A DNA stretch of 64,000 nt from Caulobacter sp. Its GTDB lineage: Bacteria; Pseudomonadota; Alphaproteobacteria; Caulobacterales; Caulobacteraceae. Where the stretch lies: positions 383,115-447,114 of the forward strand of contig JASJPM010000007.1 of the NCBI GenBank assembly GCA_031426695.1. Reading direction: 5' to 3'. The notes below the pieces were generated by a model. The model had not been told where the DNA came from. It ran no database searches and saw only the letters and a program-made list of their open reading frames with translations. Both the position numbers and the translations under genes were made by a program. Of the stretch, positions 61,776 to 64,000 are shown piece by piece (within the stretch, counting starts at the first letter, position 1; each line of letters starts with the position of its first letter).

Positions 61776-62888
61776 ATGTCGCTCTTCAAGGGTCACACAC
61801 GGCGCTGGGCCATGCTCGCCATGGGGGCCGCGGCCCTGGCGCTGGCCGCCTGCGGCGGGCCCAAGCAGGACACCCTGCACATCTACAACTGGTCGGATTA
61901 CATCGACCCGGCGCTGCTGGAAGAGTTCACCAAGGAAACCGGCATCAAGGTCGTCTACGACACCTTCGATTCCAACGAGATGCTCGAGACCAAGGTGCTG
62001 ACCGGCTCGACCGGCTACGACATCGTCGCGCCGTCCAACCACAACCTGCCGCGCTACATCACCGCCAAGGCCATCGCGCCGCTCGATTTCGCCAAGCTGC
62101 CGAACCGCAAGAACCTGTGGCCCGAGCTGATGCAGCGGATGGAGCCCTTCGACCCGGGCGCGAAGTACAACGTGCCCTACATGTGGGGCACCATGGGCAT
62201 CGGCTACAACACCGCCGAGATCGCCAAGCGCCTGCCCGGCGTGACCATCGACAGCTGGGACGTGGTCTTCAAGCCGGAGAACCTGGCCAAGCTGAAGGAC
62301 TGCGGCGTCTACTTCCTCGATGCGTCCGAGGACATGTACGCGGTGGCCCTGAACTACCTGGGCAAGGACCCCAACTCCAAGGTCGTGGCCGACTATGAGG
62401 CGGCCACCGAAATGCTGCTGGCCCTGCGGCCGCACATCACCAAGTTCCACTCCTCGGAGTACATCAACGCCCTGGCCAACGGCGACGCCTGCGTCGTCAT
62501 CGGCTACAGCGGCGACATCCTGCAGGCCGCCGACCGGGCCGAGGAAGCGGGGCGCGGCGTCGAGATCGCCTACGCCATCCCCAAGGAAGGCAGCCAGGTC
62601 TGGTTCGACGTGTTCGCGATCCCGGCCGACGCGCCCAACCCCGAGGCCGCCTACAAGTTCCTCGACTTCATGCTGCGGCCGGAGGTCATCGCCAAGGCGT
62701 CCAACTACACCGCCTACGCCAACGCCAATTCGGCCGCGACGCCGCTGGTGGATGAGGAGCTGCGCAGCGATCCGAACGTCTATCCGACGCCGGAAGTGTT
62801 CGGCCGCCTGTTCGTCACCACGACCAAGGACCAGGCCCTGGTCCGCGAGGTCAACCGCCTCTGGACCAAGGTGATGAGCGGTCAATGA
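61776..62888 (+). CDS. Polyamine ABC transporter substrate-binding lipoprotein (PotF/PotD)
   Basis: LAAC lipobox, YNWSDYI, YDTFDSNE, PYMWGT.GIGYN, PKEGSQVWFD. Confidence 0.92.
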   Translation: MSLFKGHTRRWAMLAMGAAALALAACGGPKQDTLHIYNWSDYIDPALLEEFTKETGIKVVYDTFDSNEMLETKVLTGSTGYDIVAPSNHNLPRYITAKAIAPLDFAKLPNRKNLWPELMQRMEPFDPGAKYNVPYMWGTMGIGYNTAEIAKRLPGVTIDSWDVVFKPENLAKLKDCGVYFLDASEDMYAVALNYLGKDPNSKVVADYEAATEMLLALRPHITKFHSSEYINALANGDACVVIGYSGDILQAADRAEEAGRGVEIAYAIPKEGSQVWFDVFAIPADAPNPEAAYKFLDFMLRPEVIAKASNYTAYANANSAATPLVDEELRSDPNVYPTPEVFGRLFVTTTKDQALVREVNRLWTKVMSGQ

Positions 62889-64000
62889 GCCGCCCGCCGG
62901 CGGCCGGCCGGGCCGGCAAACCCGCCAAACCCCCTGAAGTAAAAGGGGGCGGACGGCGCCTGAACATCGGCGCCGTTCGCTCGACCTTCGCGCCCTGGAA
63001 CGACCCCGACGCCGTGCCGCTGGTGCGGTTCGAGGGCGTGACCAAGCGGTTCGGCGCCCACACCGCGGTCGATAACGTATCGCTGGACATCTACCCGGGC
63101 GAGTTCTTCGCGCTGCTCGGCCCGTCAGGCTGCGGCAAGACCACGCTGATGCGGATGCTGGCCGGGTTCGAGACGCTGGACGCCGGCCGCATCACCCTGG
63201 CCGGCCAGGACCTGGCCGGCGTGCCGCCGCACCAGCGGCCGGTGAACATGATGTTCCAGAGCTATGCGCTGTTCCCGCACCTGACGGTCGAGCAGAACAT
63301 CGCCTTTGGCCTCAAGCAGGAAGGCCTGCCCCGCGCCGAGATCGCCGCCCGGGTGCTGGAGATGCTGGAGCTGGTCAAGCTGACGCCGTTCGCGCGGCGC
63401 AAGCCCGACCAGCTGTCGGGCGGCCAGAAGCAGCGCGTCGCCCTGGCCCGCGCCGTGGCCCGCAAGCCCAAGATGCTGCTGCTGGACGAGCCGCTGGGCG
63501 CGCTGGACAAGAAGCTGCGCGAGGAGACCCAGTTCGAGCTCATGGACCTGCAGGTCGAGCTGGGCGTGACCTTCCTGATCGTCACCCACGACCAGGAGGA
63601 GGCCATGGTCATGGCCGACCGCATCGCCGTGATGGGCGAGGGCCGCACGGTCCAGGTCGGCCGACCCGAAGAGATCTACGAGACCCCCTCCTCCCGCTAT
63701 GTGGCCGAGTTCCTCGGCGACGTGAACCTGTTCGAGACGCGGGTGGAAGCCATCGAGCATCCGATGGCCCACCTTGAAGCGAAAGAGGCCAAGGCCGGCT
63801 TCTACGTGCTCGACGACGACTGCCCCGGCCCCGGCTCGACCGTCTGGCTGGCCGTGCGGCCCGAGAAGATGCGCATCAGCCTGGACCCGCCCGCCGAGGG
63901 CGCCCGCAACGTACTGGCCGGCGAGATCTGGGACATCGGCTACACCGGCGACTGGACCAACTACATCGTCGAGCTGCCGGGCGAGAAGCTGGTCCGGGTG
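62885..64000 (+). CDS. Polyamine ABC transporter ATP-binding protein (PotG/PotA), truncated by the window end
   Basis: ATG 62885 overlaps the previous stop; GPSGCGKTT, LSGGQKQR, LLDEPL, VTHDQEEA. Not in the ORF track because there is no stop in the window. Confidence 0.92.
   Translation, partial: MSRPPAAGRAGKPAKPPEVKGGGRRLNIGAVRSTFAPWNDPDAVPLVRFEGVTKRFGAHTAVDNVSLDIYPGEFFALLGPSGCGKTTLMRMLAGFETLDAGRITLAGQDLAGVPPHQRPVNMMFQSYALFPHLTVEQNIAFGLKQEGLPRAEIAARVLEMLELVKLTPFARRKPDQLSGGQKQRVALARAVARKPKMLLLDEPLGALDKKLREETQFELMDLQVELGVTFLIVTHDQEEAMVMADRIAVMGEGRTVQVGRPEEIYETPSSRYVAEFLGDVNLFETRVEAIEHPMAHLEAKEAKAGFYVLDDDCPGPGSTVWLAVRPEKMRISLDPPAEGARNVLAGEIWDIGYTGDWTNYIVELPGEKLVRV

Overview
High-GC alphaproteobacterial chromosome segment. 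Protein sequences, gene order and promoter style point to Caulobacteraceae (Caulobacter/Phenylobacterium-like; this is an inference). Left part: tfoX-like gene divergent from a TetR-acyltransferase unit, an iscR-iscS-sufB-(two inserted ORFs)-sufCDS-sufT-sufA Fe-S operon, ppa, a NamZ-like operon, tyrS, bcp, an M23 peptidase-bactofilin pair, pccB, ATP12, two RluA-family genes, fluC, rarA, degP, an MFS transporter, a VOC-ArsR-SRPBCC unit, an ABC-2 transporter and a RelE/ParE toxin-antitoxin pair. Middle: the S10-spc-alpha ribosomal cluster (rpsJ to rplQ, with secY and adk). Right part: five accessory genes between rpsJ and tuf, tuf with tRNA-Gly and tRNA-Tyr, rlmB, a His-rich envelope protein followed by TerC, a 2OG-Fe(II) oxygenase, metG and the start of a polyamine ABC operon. 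No CRISPR array, rRNA, integrase or transposase was seen. The most notable unannotated signals are: (1) a 16-codon, probably leaderless uORF with tandem Tyr codons and alternative hairpins upstream of tyrS; (2) a candidate 3'-UTR sRNA with a CCUCCUCCC loop behind a porin gene; (3) a lipoprotein with a transmembrane helix and a tail of about 40 His next to TerC; (4) several REP/REPIN-like palindrome families, one with compensatory base changes. All calls come from reading the sequence; no database searches were run.
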